The notes beneath the pieces were generated by a model that did not search any database, was not told the origin of the DNA, and saw only the letters and a list, made by a program, of their open reading frames with translations. The translations under genes were made by a program, and so were the position numbers. This document shows, piece by piece, positions 22,145-26,230 of a DNA stretch of 26,230 nt; within the stretch, counting starts at the first letter, position 1, and each line of letters starts with the position of its first letter. Location of the stretch: NCBI GenBank assembly GCA_024626585.2, contig JANKJI020000002.1:237635477-237661706 (forward strand), in the 5' to 3' direction. The DNA is from Ginkgo biloba. Taxonomy: Eukaryota > Plantae > Ginkgophyta.

Positions 22145-25100
22145 TTAGACAACATTGGGTAAGACAATGGACAACTCTATTTGAAGTTGCGACCATTCCT
22201 TAGTGACTTCTACTACTGACTTGAGGTGGGTCTCCATGATGTTTGCAACTACCGATCCATAGGGTTCTAACTTTCCAATCTCCTCCTCAATCTTCTTGAA
22301 ATTGTCTTCAAAGAGTTTTTCTTGTGTAGTCACTCTCTGCTCAGCTGAATCAAATTGATCCTTGTAATGGCTGAGAAATCCAATGTATTTATAGATGTCT
22401 CCCTTAGTCTGGATATAGGTATGTCACTAAGCTTGGTGACATCTTCCTTTGTTTTTCTAATCTCCCTAAAGGCACCCTAAACCAACTGTGGATGTCTGGC
22501 AAAATATTGGGCAAAGAATACTTCTTCCATCATTGAAGCAAGAGTATCTTGATAGGAGAAGTGTCATATGCCACCTATTCTTGTTTCCTGGAATTTTAAG
22601 ACTTATGGCTTTGTTGTCTTTGTTGGGCCTCGTAAAGGTACTTGTACTTCTTCAAGCTTTCTATCTCCAATTGTATGGTTTTAACCTATGTCTGGAGCTA
22701 CAACTGCTTGTCATGTTGTCTTTCAATTATAGCCTTAACAACATCGACAATGTTGTTGTTGGAAGTCTTGTTATATAGATCCACATCTCCATCCACCTTA
22801 GTCTTTGCAAATTGAAGGAGGTCATTGATACCTTGCAGGGTCTCCTGAGCTCTTTTTTCATAAGCGACCACTTGTTCCAGTCTCACCATGTTTTCCTCAT
22901 GGATGATCTGTTGAGTTTGCATAAAGGTTTCTATTGGCAACTTAGATGTAACAATGGTGATCCTACTCTGCGATTGTTCCCTTGCTGTTGCTGTTGAAAT
23001 TACTAGGGGCTTGTTAATTTCTCTAAACTTTAAGCTCCCCCATCCCATTCATCATCATTTGGGACATTTTTCTAATTCTCTGTCAGAAGAGAGGGTGCTA
23101 CCTTCGTCTGTCTTTTTGCTTCCTCACTCCTCTATTGTTGGTTGATTCAGCTACTAGGTTGTAGTCTTTTCTTAAGTGTTGGTGTCATCACCCTCCCTTT
23201 GAAGACTGGATTTATTCCCCTCATGTTGTTCCCTCTCATAAACTTGGGAGAATTGTTGCATCTATGCCAATGGATCAGATGATTTGTCGGGTTAGGGAAG
23301 TGTCGACGTCTATTGCATGCCAATGTTCTTAGCGGATACTTGCTCCTATTGTGAAGTAGACATTGTTGCAACACCCTTTGGTGATGTTGTCTTTGTCCTT
23401 TGTTTCTTTGGGACAATTTGGCNNNNNNNNNNNNNNNNNNNNNNNNNNNNNNNNNNNNNNNNNNNNNNNNNNNNNNNNNNNNNNNNNNNNNNNNNNNNNN
23501 NNNNNNNNNNNNNNNNNNNNNNNNNNNNNNNNNNNNNNNNNNNNNNNNNNNNNNNNNNNNNNNNNNNNNNNNNNNNNNNNNNNNNNNNNNNNNNNNNNNN
23601 NNNNNNNNNNNNNNNNNNNNNNNNNNNNNNNNNNNNNNNNNNNNNNNNNNNNNNNNNNNNNNNNNNNNNNNNNNNNNNNNNNNNNNNNNNNNNNNNNNNN
23701 NNNNNNNNNNNNNNNNNNNNNNNNNNNNNNNNNNNNNNNNNNNNNNNNNNNNNNNNNNNNNNNNNNNNNNNNNNNNNNNNNNNNNNNNNNNNNNNNNNNN
23801 NNNNNNNNNNNNNNNNNNNNNNNNNNNNNNNNNNNNNNNNNNNNNNNNNNNNNNNNNNNNNNNNNNNNNNNNNNNNNNNNNNNNNNNNNNNNNNNNNNNN
23901 NNNNNNNNNNNNNNNNNNNNNNNNNNNNNNNNNNNNNNNNNNNNNNNNNNNNNNNNNNNNNNNNNNNNNNNNNNNNNNNNNNNNNNNNNNNNNNNNNNNN
24001 NNNNNNNNNNNNNNNNNNNNNNNNNNNNNNNNNNNNNNNNNNNNNNNNNNNNNNNNNNNNNNNNNNNNNNNNNNNNNNNNNNNNNNNNNNNNNNNNNNNN
24101 NNNNNNNNNNNNNNNNNNNNNNNNNNNNNNNNNNNNNNNNNNNNNNNNNNNNNNNNNNNNNNNNNNNNNNNNNNNNNNNNNNNNNNNNNNNNNNNNNNNN
24201 NNNNNNNNNNNNNNNNNNNNGTTGCTCATCCAGAACCAACTCTTAGGGATGTCAATTGTTCGACTTGAGTTGCAGAACCACGTGTTGAATAGCTTTGCAA
24301 CCCACTTCCTTGCCGAGTTGGGATCCATTGATGACTGTCCCCCTAGAACTCACTATGAGTTTGTTGCCATCACCAAGCTCTACCCTGATTTTATCGTCCC
24401 AAGTTTTCTTTGTTGTTCCCATAGCACTCTTGATATCCCTTTGTGGGTCTACAAGAAACCTCGTTAGTAATTCTATTTGGTCCATGTTGAGGAGAACGAA
24501 GTCATCGATCTATACTTGTTCATTGTGGTATCTTTCAAGAAGAAACCTAGTAAATTTGGATTGTTCCCCAAAGTAGGGGTTTTTAGCTACTTGTAAGATG
24601 TGTGCTTTCTTGAGGTTTTGTGCCTCACTAGAGACTTGAATCGGTCCATCCATAGGTTCCACTTTGTCGTCCGACCATTGCCTATACCCATGTGCAAAAT
24701 TGGTTGAGCGTTGCTTTGTCCCATTCTTGGGATTCGAACTTAGTCTATAGTAAGGCTTCACGATGACTGTCACCCACTTCAAAATGCTCATCGTGTTTGA
24801 TTGTCGGATACATTTCTGTATGTTTTTGCTACATCTTATTAGTGTGCTCTGCTTCTCCCTCTAGTTCTTGAACTAGGGTTTGTTATGCACTTGCTCCCTT
24901 TCAAATTGGTATCGTTCCTACTGCATGTTTGTCTAGATGTAAGTTGGAATCTTCAAACAACAAATTTTCTTTCCAAAGAGCTTCTTTGAATAGTTTACCC
25001 GCTTTATCATCAATATATAGAATTTCCAAATCGAACTTGTCCTCCAGAAGATTTGAGGTAGTTGAGGTGCATGTCATTGTATTAATTATTGCTTCATCAT

Positions 25101-25943
25101 TACCTTTCACTTCCTGATCTTTCTCTTTTTGTCATTAGTATTCATCACCTTGGCAATCCCTTTATCCGTCATCTTTGATCTGCCATTTTCGGCCACCTTC
25201 TCATTAGTTTTGCTCCATTTGTCAGTTACTTGGTTCCTATTGACTATCTGTTTGAGATTTGGGCGATTGTTGTCCTGCTTTCCTATTGTGAATCTTGATT
25301 GATTATGATTTAGTTTCTGTCTCGAGTGGTTTCTTCCCGGGTCTTCTTCCTCTTCCATTCTAGTTGTTTGGGAATGTTAGTCGTTCGAGTACTAACGGAC
25401 ACTACTGCAGTCTCTATTTTGGTGTTGGAGCCATTCTTTGTCTTACTATCATTGTTTGTACTAGGTCTTGGAGATTGTGTTGTGCCTTCTGATGTTCCTG
25501 TGTGATATCCCTCAATTGGTCACTTGAATTGGATGATTTTTCTCTTCTCAGACTATTTTTTTATTGCAGTCATCTTATCTTTGTCTCTCTTGTGATGTTT
25601 TTACAAATGGCCTCGACTTCCACTTTTATATTTTCCTTGTGTTGTTCAGTTTGTCTTCATTGCGCCACCTGTTGGCAGTTATGTAGTTGCCCTAGACATC
25701 ATTCTTCACTGTGTTTGTACTTTCTATGCCTCTTGTCAATGTTGGCCACTTGATCCTCCTTGTGTCGGCGTTGGTCCAAAACAACATTTCTTCCCCTTTT
25801 TTACTCATCCAGAATTGCTTCCTTCATCGCCAACATTCTTGGTTGTTTACCGACGTTTATTGACAGACTTTCCTTATCTCTTCCAAAAGACAAGTGATAG
25901 TTGGTTTTTTGTAGTGTGTGTAATTGTTGTGCATTTGTTTTTG
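22145..25943 (-). pseudogene. Long decayed accessory ORF of an LTR retrotransposon (hydrophilic N-part, PMD-like core, low-complexity linker, coiled-coil-like C-terminus)
   Basis: A chain of minus-strand ORF pieces (25358-25107, 25110-24901, 24791-24510, 24485-24252, 23048-22698, 22333-22145) joins by single stops or frameshifts and ends ~70 bp before the PPT. No gag/PR/IN/RT/RH motifs seen. Confidence 0.7.
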
Positions 25944-26230
25944 TGTAACATCCCCACTTTAAGCTTGCAATTATTCTTCAAGAAATAACCAAATACAAGT
26001 ACAATATTCGCATAACTCTATAAATAAATAAATGCCATAATATGAGAGTGCACAATAACGATTACCATAATATCAGAGTACATAAGATTAAATGCATTAT
26101 GAATGATTTATGCAATATACAAACTCCAAGATAGGATTGCTAAAGTTAGGTCTTGGTGATAGGCAAGGTACTTCCACTGTTGACCATAAGGAATTCCTAA
26201 AAGGATTCATTGTAGCTACCAACCAAACCT
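25944..26230. mobile_element. Probable LTR terminus of a nested gypsy element (TGTAACATCCC), runs off the window
   Basis: TGTAACATCCCC terminus coincides with an abrupt switch from T-rich to A-rich composition and the end of the long ORF. Confidence 0.6.

Noticed and set aside
23147-24467. Long ORFs (297-393 aa) in the ORF track, likewise 4964-5830 and 13499-14254
   Set aside because: Their length comes from N-runs translated as X; only the sequenced ends are informative.
24907-24913. TGGTATC PBS-like motif on the + strand
   Set aside because: Only 7 nt match, no AGAGC continuation, no adjacent LTR; lies within the minus-strand ORF.

Overview
Draft-assembly scaffold (many N gaps, several of placeholder length 100) from an AT-rich, TE-saturated plant nuclear genome; a gymnosperm-like source is my inference from the TE types and decay pattern. 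One clearly intact gene is present: a two-exon, GPI-anchored non-specific lipid transfer protein (LTPG-type, 168 aa, + strand, 17976-18330 / 18453-18604) with atypical cysteine spacing. The rest is mostly decayed mobile DNA: a ~182-bp alternating tandem repeat, two overlapping L1 LINE copies (1.3-7.7 kb), an old Ty3/gypsy gag-protease remnant, and a ~4.2-kb CRM-like LTR element with gag + protease but apparently no room for RT/integrase, whose insertion junction is locally duplicated. There is also an LTR element (TGTT..AACA LTR, GGGGGAG PPT) whose PPT-proximal ~3.8 kb is one long decayed non-gag/non-pol ORF, with a second homologous copy of its core domain at 19.2-19.6 kb. That accessory ORF is the best candidate for poorly described biology. 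All family assignments come from motif recognition by eye, not database searches.
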